A stretch of DNA of 63,887 bases, filler included, from Hausera hauseri (lineage: Eukaryota), in assembly GCA_046269625.1 (NCBI GenBank). It is 12 parts of 12 records of this genome, joined end to end, with 100 filler letters (N's around TTAATTAATTAA, not from the genome) between each part and the next. Parts side by side here need not be neighbours in the genome. Positions count along the whole stretch, not along the records: positions 32,068 to 41,720 come from JBJURY010321049.1; positions 41,821 to 46,132 come from JBJURY010641663.1; positions 46,233 to 50,662 come from JBJURY010586556.1; 9 more parts are not named here. One strand, 5' to 3'. The notes under the pieces were generated by a model. It was not told where the DNA came from and searched no databases. It saw only the letters and a list, made by a program, of their open reading frames with translations. Of this stretch, positions 32,959 to 46,259 are shown one piece after another (the first letter of the stretch is position 1; each line of letters opens with the position of its first letter). The position numbers were made by a program, and so were the translations under genes.

Positions 32959-35900
32959 ATGTGCAAACTTTACAGTGACTGTTTGGCTCAATTGCACGAG
33001 CCGGAAAATTGCCACAATGTTATGAAGAAATACTTTGGCTATATATGCAACAGGGTTCAGTATTATATATGCCATACATGCGAGGTAGTGTGCCAAACCA
33101 ATTATGAAGACTTTTACAATGTCCATAAACAGCACTTGATTTCTATCACCAAGTCGCAAAAACAAATATTCAGTACCAATATGCCAATAACGACGTTTGT
33201 TCCAAAGGAAAATCGAGGATGTAGTTTATATGTGTATTGCACATGTGTAATACACTACCCTCAGAATTGCCACAATGCCATGAGAAGCTATTATGAATAC
33301 AAATTCAATAAAGTTCTCTATTATATTTGTCAAGGATGTGAGGCTGTATGTGATGGAGAATACACGAAGTTTTACAATCATTATATTGCCCATTTAACAG
33401 ACTTCAATTTAAAGCAAAAGAAGGTTATATATAATGAACAGCATCCTGCTGTGACAGCGCAGCCTGCTTTGGCAGCGCATCCTGCTTTGGGTGCACAGCC
33501 TGCTGTGACAGCTCAGCCAGCTTTGGTAGCGCAGCCTGCTTTGGCTGCAAGGCCTTATACAAAACGCCCATCAGAAGTAGCAGCAGATGATCCATCAAAA
33601 GGTCAAAGAGAGCGGCTAGTTAATGCAGCTACACTGAAGAGCAAAGTGCGGCGATACTTCATTGCAGCAGTGTGGCAGACATCGCTCTATGAATTCCTGG
33701 AATATTCAAAGGAAGAGACAGCAGGAATTCTGCAGGACAACTTGTTGGAGCTGCAGGCCCTTAAAGTGAACTTCAAATTGAAAGCCACCTTCACCAATGT
33801 TAAAGTAGAGCTGTCTAATACAGTCTACGAGAAAAAAACAGGCCACTATTGAAATCCTTTAACATTATTGATTTCATTACTGAGGACTATACAAGGCTCA
33901 TCTGCGAAGCCGAAGAAAGCCAAGACAAGAGCGGTTGGACTTTAGCAACAATGAAGGGGTTACTTGTGCATATGCCCAAGTATTTTCCCATGAGAGGCAA
34001 GTCCTACATACTGCTTCCTGAATGGATAGTTAAGAAAAAGGCATGTGTCAATGTTCATAACAATGACAACATTTCATGTATGCCATTTTATCAAAACTAG
34101 TCCAAGATCAACATAATGCCTCCCGAGTTTGGATGTATGACAAAGTGCAACACACATATAACTTTAGCTGTATTTTATTCCCGCCAAGCCTAGATGAAGC
34201 CGTGAAATTTGAAAGCGTGAACAACATCTCATTCAACATCTTCGGATTGGAGGAGGACAAATGTTATCCATTACATGTGTGCAAGGAGGAATTGGAGGAT
34301 CATATGGATCTTCTCCTGCAAGATGATGGAGAAAAGATGCATTTCATCTGGATCAAGAATTTTGAGCGCCTCGTAGGATTTCAAATATTCAAGCATAAAT
34401 CAAGGATGGAAATATGGAAGAGATGCTTTACCCACTTTAGTACGGACACAGCCGCAGAAATACTGGAGGAGAACAAAAATTACTGCAATACAAACTATTT
34501 TATCCGAGCAGAATTCCTCATGGAGTATTACCTGGAATTCAAAAAGTTCGAGAAGATGCAGAAGGTGCCCATTGTTGTCTATTGTAATTTTGAGGCCATC
34601 CTCAGCCCAGTTCATAGCTGCAGCCCTAATCCTCAACATAGCAGCACAACGGCATACCAATATCATGAACTCTCATCATATTGCATGTATGCCAAAGGAC
34701 TGGCAATGAACCCTTCCTATTCAGAGAGCCAGATGCAGCAGCACATTTTATGAAGATATTAGAAGACATGGCTCATAAGCTTGAAAACATGCTTCAGCAG
34801 TATAAGTATACAATGAGCATGTTGAAGCAGCAACAATATGAACGGCGCAAGGCATCAACATGTTATTTGTGTGACAAGTCCTTTACAAGGATAATCATAA
34901 AGTTAAGGATCATTGCCAATTTGCAGGTGCATATCGGGCGCAGCATGCAACAACTGCAATCTTCGCTAAAAAACATGCACATATGTGCCTGTAGTGTTTC
35001 ATAATCTTAGTGGCTATGATTCCCACTTCATTGTTCGGGAACTGGGCTACATTGAAGGAAACATTAATGTCATTCCAAACAGTGAGAAAAAATACATCAC
35101 CTTCACCAAGCATGTGGGTCGCATTAGGTTTCGATTCATTGATAGCTTCCGCTTCAGGAGCTCGTCACTGGGTAGTTTAGTGAAGAACGTCCGTATAGAA
35201 GAACTCTAGGAGACGAAGCGGTTCTTCCCCACTACCTTTGACCTCGTCAAGAGGAAAGGCGTGTTCCCCTATGACTACATAACCTCTTGGTAAACACTGA
35301 ATGAGACATCATTGCCGGACAAGGAGGACTTTTATAGTCAGTTGTCATCCTGCCATAGTAGCGATACTGACTATGAACATGCCCAAATAGTATGGCAAAC
35401 CTTCCTATGCAGGACAATAGGGGAATACAGTGATAGCTATCTCCTCGCAGATGTGCTGCTACTTACAGATGTCTTTCAAAGTTTCCGGGGTTTGACCCTA
35501 AGAGCCACAAGTTAGATTCAGCCCATTTCTTTACAGCTCCAGTAATAAACTTGGCGACGATGCTGCGCTATACTAGCATAAGGCTCCAGATATTGAAGGA
35601 TTACAATATGGTCCTCATGATTGAGAGAGGCATCGGGGGTGGAATATGTCAGGCCATTCACAAGTACAGTGAGGCCAACAACAAATACATGGCCGATTAT
35701 GATCCATAAAAGGAATCCTTATACATATCATATCTGGATGCCAACAACTTGTATAGATGGGCAATGAGCAACCAACTGCTTATGATAACTTCAAATGGGT
35801 CGAAAAGCCTAAAGACGTCCCAATATTGGACCTAGATGCCACTGGGGATACGGGCTATATATTGGAGGTGGATGTGGAATACCTACATAGCATCCACACA

Positions 35901-36960
35901 AGGCATGAGCACCCGCCATTTCTGCCGGAGAGCAAACCTTCGCCCCACGGAAAGCATAAAATGCTGCTCTGTCACCTCGAAAACAGAGAGAGGTATGTAG
36001 TCCACTAAATAAAAATCTCCAACAGACTACCCAAAATGGACTCAGAGTCATCAGGATTTATGGGGCCCTGCAGTTAAGCCAGTCCAAATGGCTGACTCCA
36101 TACATAGACTCAATACCCAGTTGAGGGCCAATGCCAAGAACAAGTTTAAAAAGGACCAATTCAAACTTTACAACAACTCGGTCTTTGGCAAAACTATGGA
36201 GAATATCCGGAACCAGATTAACATTGAGGTGGTATGTGACTGAAAGTGGGCAAGGAAACTCATCGCTAAGCCCAACTTCTACAGCAGCACAATCTACACA
36301 GAGAACCTGGTGCGTTTCCATGTGCTTAAGACATCACTTGAGTTCAACAAGTTTATATGTGGATATGTCCATATTGGATTTATCCAAGACCTTGATGTAT
36401 GACTTTCACTACAACATCATGGTTACTGCATTCAAGGAGCTCCAGCTAATGTACATGGATACGAACAATTTCATATACCAGATCCGCACAAATGATGTCT
36501 TTGAAAAGTATGCAAAATTGGCGCAAAATATGGATACCTCAGACTATCCGAAAGATCATCTAAATTATTTAATTACCAACAAGAAGGTTTTCGGGAAGTT
36601 TAAAGACTAGGTAAATGAGAAGATCATCACCCGTTTCGTGGCGTTGAGATGGAAAATGTACGCCATCGATGTAAGTGGAAGGGTAAAGAAGCGGGACAAG
36701 GGAGTTCAAAAGGCCACATTAGCTAAAGACATTGGCACTGGAGATTTTGAGAGAGTGTGGCGGAGCAAAGTCATATAGTTAATGAGATGAAAAGGATCCA
36801 GTCCCGGGAATATCAGATTGCCACAGTTGCGCTGCGGAAGAAAAATGTCGATTGGTTTGATGACAAAAGGCACATTCTTGAAGACGGAATTCAGGCACTA
36901 TTTCACGTGGCATGTGACATTATTGTAACTATATATATATTGTTATTCTTTGTTCAATAA
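32959..36960 (+). pseudogene. Protein-primed family-B DNA polymerase, copy 1, with tandem N-terminal Cys/His repeats and an AQPALA linker
   Basis: KKACVNVHNND, VVYCNFEA, ACNNCNL, VVFHNLSGYDSHFI, RFIDSFRF, KGVFPYDY, YLDANNLY, NNSVFGKTMEN, YMDTNNF, DTSDYPKDH, GKFKD, FDDKR. Confidence 0.93.
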
Positions 36961-37146
36961 ATGTTGTACAGAAATATCGTGTTGTCTTTCTTGATCAAGT
37001 AATGTGGGATATAGGATAAGGCCAAGTAAAACTAAGTAACTACTATATAGATTAAGACGAAGTAAAACTTAGATAAATAAAATCAATAAATTTGAATATT
37101 CAATACAGTGCGACATTTACTTGCATTCATCTGTCATTATTTCAAA

Positions 37147-37417
37147 ATGTTGAAAACTTGTCCGATTTGTTGGGGGCAGATGCATAACAATGCGTTTGGC
37201 TACATGGGGCACACATACTTTCTGCATAGTCCGTCTGCAGAAATGGCTAAGCAGTAAAATGTCTTGTCCGTTATGCAGAACAAAGTGTGAGTATGTGGTA
37301 GTCCAGAATGCTGAAGACCAGTGCTTGTATGTAACATGGGTAGGTTGTGTGATAAAAATATTACATGAATTCTTACCAGACAGCGACAGTGACAGTGATG
37401 ATACTATTATTATGTGA
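37147..37417 (+). pseudogene. RING-finger gene between the two pPolB genes (frameshifted)
   Basis: MLKTCPICWG / HTFCIVRLQKWL..SCPLCR plus an acidic DSDSDSDD tail. Confidence 0.75.
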
Positions 37418-37710
37418 TTGTAGTGTTCAATACATGTTGTTTTCAATATAGTTTAAGTTTTATAAAACCAACTAATTTCATAACACATTTATTTAGTAAC
37501 AATATAACTTTGACATAACGATAAACAATTTTATATGCACAATGTGAGCCATGTTTACGATAAATACATGTAATGTTCTTTGGTATAGTTGCCTATTTGG
37601 TACATTCATATTCACATATTCTCAATTCTGGAAATATGCTATTAAATATCTTCTTCTTTCTTAAATCAGCATGATCTTTGACATGGAACATACAGAAATG
37701 ATTAACAGAA

Positions 37711-40700
37711 ATGATTAATATGGCTAAACAATTTGTCAGTGATCAAAAAATTCAAACAACTTCCACCGATGAACAACGCCTACCAGTTAAAAGGAAAATT
37801 CAAAAAAATACAGATGAGATTGCAAATAAGAAACTTAGACAATCTGGAAAGCCTGTACAGAAAATAAGACACATGTACAATCTGTTGTTGGCAATAATTA
37901 TGTAAAGCTTTGTTTTGATGTTGCGTCTGACCAACTCATTTCTCCTACACCCCCTGAAGAAATTGTATCTATTTTACAGTATACTCGATTTCCATCTTGA
38001 AAAATTTAATACAATCTTGATATTTTGTTTTCTAATGCTAAGGGTAACTTTAAGGAGGCTTGTATTTCATATAGGGCTGTCCCTTATAAGCAATGTTATC
38101 TTGACTTAGTAACTGATGGTTTACGGAATAAAATAGAGAATTTTGCTGAAATGGGTAGTACGTGGAAGGTTGTTAAATTTTGAAATACTGTTTTCATACA
38201 GTTAAAACTAGCCCACTACCCTACGTGTCTGGTAAGTCCTATATTCAAACACCTGACGCTGTGAAAAATGCATCGGCTGTTATTAACGTACAAAAACGAG
38301 GACACTTTATGTTTCTTATATTCAATCCTGGAAGTTATCAAGTATTCTCTCTTTGATCGTCATAGGAATAGATTAAGCAATTACATTTTTTATTTAAGCA
38401 AGCTCAAATATTCTGTGCATGACATGCCAATGAAAATATGTAATATAGGCAAATTTGAGAGGCAGAATCCACAGTTGTCAATTAATGTTTTTCTGTTTCA
38501 TGAGGAGGATGAAGTGGATCTTGATGAGGACATAATAAAAAATCCATTCGTCGATATTTTGTATCGGAGCATTAATCCGAGTGGTTCCGTAGTTAACTTG
38601 CTCATTCTCGAGAATATTGATCATTTTCACTACTTTTCCGTACCCAATCTTAATAGACTGTTGAATATTAACAGTAAGAAAATCCGTATTCAATGTAAAC
38701 ATTGGTGTGAAAAATGTTTGCATGGCTTTAGGTATTATACGGGATATTTTAAGCATTTGCCTATATGCAATTCTTCTGCCAAGTGCATGACGTTGTACAA
38801 AATGCCTGAAAATAAGTTTTGTGAGTTTAAGGACTGGGTCAAATCTATAATTCCGCCTTTCGTTGTATATGCCGACTTTGAATCTGTTCTGTGTCCTAAC
38901 GATAAAGTCAAACATTCATTTGCCTGCTGCAGCGGGTCTCTTGTTAGTTTCAGCAACAGGTATTGAGTATAGGCAATTTATTGGTGAAAATTCTATAGTT
39001 GAGTTTCTGGCCTGTTTAGAGGAAATTGTTAAAACATTAGTTTTCCCCTGGTATGAAAGTGCCAAAAAGCCAATGATCCCGTTAACATCAGCTGAATGGT
39101 TTCAGTTTAAAAACGCCACAGCATGTTACCTTTGCCACGAACAGGGCACTACATTTGTAGTTACTGCCATGTTACAGGTAAATTCCTTGGCCCAGCATGT
39201 AATAAATGTAACTTAGCTAGGCAGATTAGGTATAAATTACCAGTCATGTTTTTTTTTAGGTATAATTTACCGGTCATCACAATTTAAGTGGATATGACCT
39301 GCATCATATATTGAAACACGCATAAAGTATTATTCCGCAAACAACAGAAGTTTCTAGCAATGAATGCAATGATCCGCTGTTCAGGTAAAAAGTCCGTTAC
39401 TGCTAAATTTCTGGGTATTACAGTTTTTACCGGCTTCATTGAAAACATTTCCCTCGAACTTAGATAACTACCCATTGACAGCAACGGCCTTTTCTTCGGA
39501 CATTAAAGGAAAATGTACATTTTCCTTACACTGCAGCCAAATCTTTCAGCGACTTGCAGTCTATTAAAAAGTTACCAATGAAATGGGATTGTGTGAGTGA
39601 TACAGATTATGACGAAGCACAACTGGTTTGGTCAAGATATAGTTGCAGCTCGCTTTTGGATTATGTTTATATGAAACTTCATGTGTTCCTGTTAGGCGAT
39701 GTTTTCGAACGGTTTAGAAAGAAAGTTAAGTTGCAGGATGGTTTAGAAGCCGTTAATTTTGTCTCAACTCCTGGTTTATCTTGGGCAACAGCACTTAAAC
39801 CAGTCCATGTCGAATAGAACTTATTCAGGATCCTGAGATGTACAATTTCTTTCAATCCGGTATTCGCGGTGGTATGACTTTTGTAAATAAGTATAGGGTT
39901 ATAACTGATGAAAACACAAGTCTCTTGTATATAGATGTAAATAATTTGTATGGCTGGGCCTTATCACAACCTCTGCCATTTGCGAATTTGTCTTGGATTT
40001 ACGATAAGGATAAATTGAATAGTCTTATTGAGTAATTGCCTTACGTTGACACTATTAGGGAAAAACGGGGCTTAGTATTTGAGGTTGATTTAAGCATTCC
40101 ATCTGACAAACAATAAATTAGACCAACTGTCTTTAGCTCCAATAAATCAATGTCCTCCTGATTCCAGAGTCAAGAAACTGTTGTTGATACATGACCGTAA
40201 GTCCAACTATGTTATTCACTATAGGCTCTTACAGTTGTACATCGAATTATGCGCTGTAGTTGAGAAGGTTCATCTGGCCGTTGAGTTTGACCAGGGTTAT
40301 GTCTTTAAGGATTACATCGATTTAAATACTGCTAAGAGGACTGCAACGAATAATCCTTTTGAGAAGTACTTTAATTTGGAGAACAATAGCTTGTATGGGA
40401 AACCGTTGAAAATCTATTGAAAGGGTCAAACTTGAGACTGTGTAATTTTTTTGAAAGACTTTTTAAGCTTATGAACAATAGCTTATGCGACAAAACAGTT
40501 GAAAATCGGCTGAAAAGTTTAAACCTGAGACTGTGTAATGACGCTAAAAAGCTAGTTACATATACTAGTAAGGCCCAGTTCAAAGAGAACATTATCATAG
40601 CCGATGATCTGGTTGCCGTTCTCATCGATAAAGACATGGTCACATTAGACAGGCCCTCATACATCGGCCAGGCCCTACTTGATCTATCCAAGTTACGGAA

Positions 40701-41272
40701 GTATGAGCTGAATTATATCGACTTGGAGACGTATAGACACCAGTTTCAATGTGAACTTAATATTGTTGTTGGTGACAAAGACAGCTTCTTCCCTGAATGC
40801 TGTGGTGTTGACTTAAAGTAGCAACTCTTACCGGCAATGATAGAAAACGAGCAGTTACATACGTCAAACTATGACAAGAGTGATCCGCTCTACTCGATTC
40901 GTTTCGCAGTTGTAATAGGCAAATTTAAAGACGAATATAGGCTGCATTCATTTTCAATAGGCGATTTTCATACGGCCCAAATCCTATGCCCTCAAAACCC
41001 AAACCAAACCATTACTCAAATGCAAGGGCGTAAATCTCAAACAGACAGACTTGCAGTTTGACAGCTACCTACAGGCTTATGAAGACGGTTGCAGCACCAT
41101 GGTGGATCAGGAGCGAATTGAAACTAAACACCACCAGCTTATGACAATCAGTTCAAAAAAGAAAGCATTGGATCCCTTCGACGACAAACGCCAGTGGATT
41201 GACAAAAACAAGTGTAGCATATGGACATTACTGTATAAGTATGTGAACATTTTCTTTGTACATATTTTTTGA
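37711..41272 (+). pseudogene. Protein-primed family-B DNA polymerase, copy 2
   Basis: CFLYSIL, FERQNPQLSINVF, VVYADFES, LLGDVFERFR, GIRGG, YIDVNNLYGWAL, NNSLYGK, GDKDSFF, GKFKDE, FDDKRQW. Confidence 0.93.
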
Positions 41273-41820
41273 TTTATTTGTATGTTATATCAATAAAAGT
41301 TTTTAATGTGTCTTATATTTTGTTACTTAGGCTTGTAATAAATATGTACACTTTTCATAATAGTGATTTATATCAACTTTGAGAACTTAAAACGAAGTTG
41401 AAGAAGTCATAATGAGGGCTAAAATGTTTTGTTCTTGGGATGGGAATGTGAAACCATAAGTATATCAGACAGCGTGCTTTGTTCTGAAGGTGGGAATAGA
41501 AAAACCACTGTCAGACACAGCGTGCTTTGTTCTGGAGATGGAAATAGTGATACCATGAGTAGATCAGACACATTTGCAAATTTTTGTGCTACAGCACAAC
41601 AAGGCAAAGTCCTGTGAAGTTGATTCATACATCATTGGACGCTGAATTAAATTTTGCGCAAGATAGACCTAACAAAAAATTTATATACGGAGGTCGAAAA
41701 TTTTTTCAATAACATTAACANNNNNNNNNNNNNNNNNNNNNNNNNNNNNNNNNNNNNNNNNNNNTTAATTAATTAANNNNNNNNNNNNNNNNNNNNNNNN
41801 NNNNNNNNNNNNNNNNNNNN

Positions 41821-44800
41821 TGATAAGGCGTAGTATGTATGTGATGGATCCCCAATTGGTTAACAAGGGATTTGAACATGTTGGATTCAAACTGTGGATC
41901 CTGGTCCGTGATGATAAAAAGAGGTGATCCAAACCTGCTTATCCATGTACAAATGAAAACGTCAGCTACTGTGTCATTATTTGCGCTCCGCAGAGGGATG
42001 GCTTTTGGCCATCGCGAGGAACGGTCCATCATAATGAGAATGAATTGATAACCGTTGTCCGGAGGAAGAGAGCCTACGATGTCAATATGCACGGATTCAA
42101 AACGCGATGTGCAGGGGAAGTGGAATAGTGGTGGCTTTAAGTGCTTATTTGTTTTGTATTTTTGACAGGCCACACACTTCTTAACCCATTCCTGCACATC
42201 AGAACGCATTGACGGCCAAACTACTTGTCGGTAGAGTAAACGAATAATGGCTTTAGGACCAGGGTGGTGTAGCGAATATACACTATTAAATGCTTGCCTT
42301 TGCAACGGTGGTGCAAGGATTATTAAGGAATGACCTGGTTTGGAAGAGTCTAAACCACGCCGTCAACGATTGTGCAAGACTTGAAAGAATTAAGCATGCC
42401 CTGAGGTGGCTGGTTCTGTTGAAGTTGAGCTTGCGTAAAAATCGGAGAAAAATTAATCGAACTAACCGACTTAGATAAAAAGTCGGAAACCAAATTATTA
42501 ACATCGTTAATATGTTTTCTGTCGAAGTTAAATGTCGACAAGCATGATATCTATCGTTCTTGTCGTGTAGAAGGATGTTTCATAGCCATGATGTTAAGTA
42601 AGGGCTTCTGATCGGTCTGTATAGTAAAATGGTGAGCGACAAGTAGGTGGGAGAAATGCTTTAAAGCAAGAATGATGGCCAATAATTCTCAATCGAACGT
42701 TGAATATCTAGTTTCAGGGGATGTTAGCTTACGAGAGAAAAATTCTAGCGGTGATTTTCTCCACTGTGGATTTGGTGGAGTACAGCAGCTACTTCAGTAG
42801 TTAAAGCGTCTGTAGTAAGAATGAGTTCGGCATCGGGCTTGGGGAAAATGAGAATGTTGACGGTTTTAATTCCTTTGCGTAGCTTATCAAACTTGTCAAC
42901 CAATTCAGGTGTCCACTGGATTGGCTCATGTTTTTTGCCGCCGCTTAAGTTTGCAAATGGTGTTGTCAATTCAGAGCAATATAGTACATATTTATGTACA
43001 AAGTGTAGTGTACCAAGGAAGCTGCGCAATTCGGTGGTATACGTGGTAACTGGATATTTTTAAGGGCTTCAACTCGGTCCGGTTGAGGACAGTGGCCGTC
43101 TGGTGAAATAACGTGCCCTAGAAAGTTGATGCGCTTTTTGAAGTAATGGCATTTGTCGAAATTGATTTGGAGATTATGGCGGTTAAGGCGTTACAATATT
43201 GCGCGAAGGTGTTCCTCGTGTTGTTTGGCTGAAGACGAAACGATCAGGATATCATCGACGTAAGGGTGCGCAAAAGGAAAATCTGACAGAATTGAGTCGA
43301 TATGTTGCTTAAAAGTCTGTGCATCATTTCGCAAACCGAATGGCATAAACAGGTACTCGTAGAGGCCAAAAGGAATGATGACAGCAGTTTTTTCTATGTC
43401 TTCTGGTGCAATTGGTATTTGGTAATATGCTTTGGCCAAATCAATGGTTGAATAAATTGCAGTTGAATTAAGGCGATGCAAGATATCCTTGATGAGTGGC
43501 AGGGGGTACGCATCCATGATAGTCAAGTTGTTTAACTGTCGGTAATCACCGCATGGTCGAAAAGTTCCGTCCGTTTTTGTACGACGTGTAGAGGTGACGA
43601 CCAAGGAGAATTTGAACGGTGTACAATGCCGGAGCGTTCTAGTTCAAGAAATTCGGCTTCTACGGCCTGTTTACGATGAGGTGACAGTGGTCTTACCTTT
43701 TGGCGTATTGGTCGTTGATGCTGTCTAATTATGTGATGTACAGTCCGGTTTGCAGGAGTAAACGTACGATCTTTTTTGAGTATTCGTGGACATGATGTGT
43801 TGACGAATTCCTGTGCAGTCAAGTGGTATTTGGTGTAAGATTGTCGAACTGAAAATGGTGTTTGATCAAGTGATTTCGTCAAGTGAATTAACGTTGGTAA
43901 CAGTACTACAATTAACGACATCGAACCTCGACTGAATGTCAAAACTATGATTTAAAAATTTACGAATTGAACTATTGTTATGGAAATTCAAATAATTTAT
44001 TGATTTTCTCAAAAATGGCCTCCGCGTCCCGATCGATTGCGCGGTAATCAAAATGTTATTTATATGCTCAGTAATGCTGTCAGTAATGCCGCTCTTCAGA
44101 CATCGTTGACTGCAGCCAACCAATAAATTATAATGCGATAGAAAATCGGACCCTAAAATTGCCCTCTGGATGTTAGCAAATGTGAAAGTCCAGTGGAAAG
44201 GTGAAGGAAATTTTATTAAGATAAAAGATAGTTTAACCATGCCAGAAATGTGCAGCGGTTGACCTGAATCGGTGTATAAGGGCTTAATTCTGAACGGTGA
44301 ATTTTGTACAGGAAAAGTTTGTGGTAATAAAGAAATCGCTGCACCTGCATCAATGAGGAAATCAACGGACTGCATTGTAGGAGCGGTGATTGCAGCCTTT
44401 AGAGTAAAAATAGCAAAAGAGGCGTATGGACATTTAGAAGGTAAAGTAGTGACTTTGCCAGAGTTTGCCGTGACTTCTGGCGGCAAATTTAGTTTTTTTG
44501 AAGAGGTGAACTAGGACGACTATTAGAAGAAAAGGTGGCACGTCCGTCGTTTGTATCTGGTTTGAAAGTGCGGCCTGGAATGCATTTACGAGCTTGGTTT
44601 TTAAACTTTGAGTTGTAGATGCAAACAACGGTGTCTGAAAAAAAAACTTTATTATAAAATTTGCATCCTACGCGGCATTTTTGGCACTTTTATTAAATCT
44701 GCTGTGATAATAGCAGATAAACTACCGCGCATGTGATGGTGATCGGTTTCTAGATTAAGAATGGGCGCTGTCAGAAACAAAATCCCTTCGTCGGGACAGG

Positions 44801-45910
44801 GAAAGTTCATTCAATTTGTTGTTTATATTGTAAATTTTTGCTTGTAGTGCTGTATTTTCGGCACGTGATTGATTTAGTTGTTGCTCTATTGATGTGTTGT
44901 TGTTTTGGATACCGTAGCGGCAAATGCCGCCAAAACGATTGGTGGGGAGTTTAAGTGTATAACGTCGTGTGTTTTATCGGATAATTCGGCCAATTCTTCA
45001 ACAGCCGTGGAGTCCTCCACCACGGTAAGTAAAGCCCGAATTTGTATGAGTAACGCGTTGAGGAAGTAGTGGCGCAGTAGTTCTGGATTGCGTTCTTTAG
45101 TGACACCGAGGGTTTGTAGATGTGCTAAAGAGATGCGTAAAAAGTCTGATGGTCGTTGTGTGCCTATAACATTGTCGTGGAAGAAGCGTTGTATGATAGT
45201 GTCCACTGAGGGTTCTGTGATCTTACGAACAGCGTTGGAGAGCTGTGAATGTGGATCAGGAAGTTGAAAGATTTCAATAATGTTGTGAATTCCTGTTTTA
45301 ATATTGTTAGGGAGTAAGAAGAGGAGGTTGTGTGCTTTTGTTAAGGGATCGGTAATATTATTTGCTTGTAGCCACAGTTGGTGGAATTTCAACCAAGTTT
45401 TGCTGGAGCCTTGGTTGTCAATAAAGAATTTGGTGCAGTGAGGGAAAGAAGCGGAAGAAGTAGTAGGTGAAGAATTATTAGCGGAAGCAGAGATGAGTTT
45501 TTGAAGCAGTATAACAGATTTTGGTTTCATGGTGGTTTTATTCGTGGTGTCTATGGTTGGCGATGAATTCATGACACCACAGATGCGGAAGTGCATATAG
45601 AGGTGGATATAAGTTGAGCAAGATTGTAGGGTTCCGGCGATAGGTACTGTGGATCCATTGTGTGTGATATAAAAGTCAGATGAATGAAAAAAAGTGGAGA
45701 TGGCATTGAAGAAGTCTGTGGTGTTTGCGTGTGTTTATGCAATTGTGTAAATGTGTTTGTTGATAAAAATAGAGAGGAAACGATGTGGGCGTATAGCAAG
45801 GGGCGTGTCGCGGGGCGTCAGCGAACGGTGCAGTCAGACCCAACGATGCAGGGTGGGCGGCTGGGACTTCAGCCACGCCACGGCGAATCACAAATTTCGG
45901 GGTGACCGAG
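41821..45910 (-). mobile_element. Ty3/Gypsy (CsRN1-like) retrotransposon: gag, protease, RT, RNase H, integrase; decayed
   Basis: gag 45596-44886 plus CYYH..C..C knuckle-like motifs; protease FLIDAGAAISLLP/ILGSDFL; RT RPCGDYRQLN, YVDDIL; integrase HHPG, HIDIVG, TDQDPQFES. Degenerate tRNA-Trp-like PBS GGTCACCCCG..GTGAT at about 45888-45908. Confidence 0.94.
44464..44498 (-). promoter_or_regulatory. Candidate -1 ribosomal frameshift site (A AAA AAC + stem-loop) at the gag-pol junction
   Basis: CAA AAA AAC TAA. A -1 shift gives KKLNLPPEVTAN, the protease frame. Downstream stem TTTGCCG-10nt-CGGCAAA. Confidence 0.7.
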
Positions 45911-46259
45911 TTCCCCGCATGCAATATTTCTTCATTAGTATTTTTATTTTGCACATATTTTGAAATATTGTTCATATTATAACTATTTCTCAGATTATCC
46001 AAAATTGGTTCTTCAAATGAGACTGAATCGGCCCTTGTACATTCACAGTGAATGTAAGAATATCCCTTATATTTCAAGTAATATTCCTCGATCTTGGTCT
46101 CATTGTTTTCTTTAGGATCGGGTAAATCAGATNNNNNNNNNNNNNNNNNNNNNNNNNNNNNNNNNNNNNNNNNNNNTTAATTAATTAANNNNNNNNNNNN
46201 NNNNNNNNNNNNNNNNNNNNNNNNNNNNNNNNTGTACAGACTCACATAAACATATATAT

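Noticed and set aside
41419-41628. Short ORFs over an imperfect tandem repeat of about 50 bp (CAGCGTGCTTTGTTCTG)
   Set aside because: Only 2-3 degenerate units, with no evidence of coding function.
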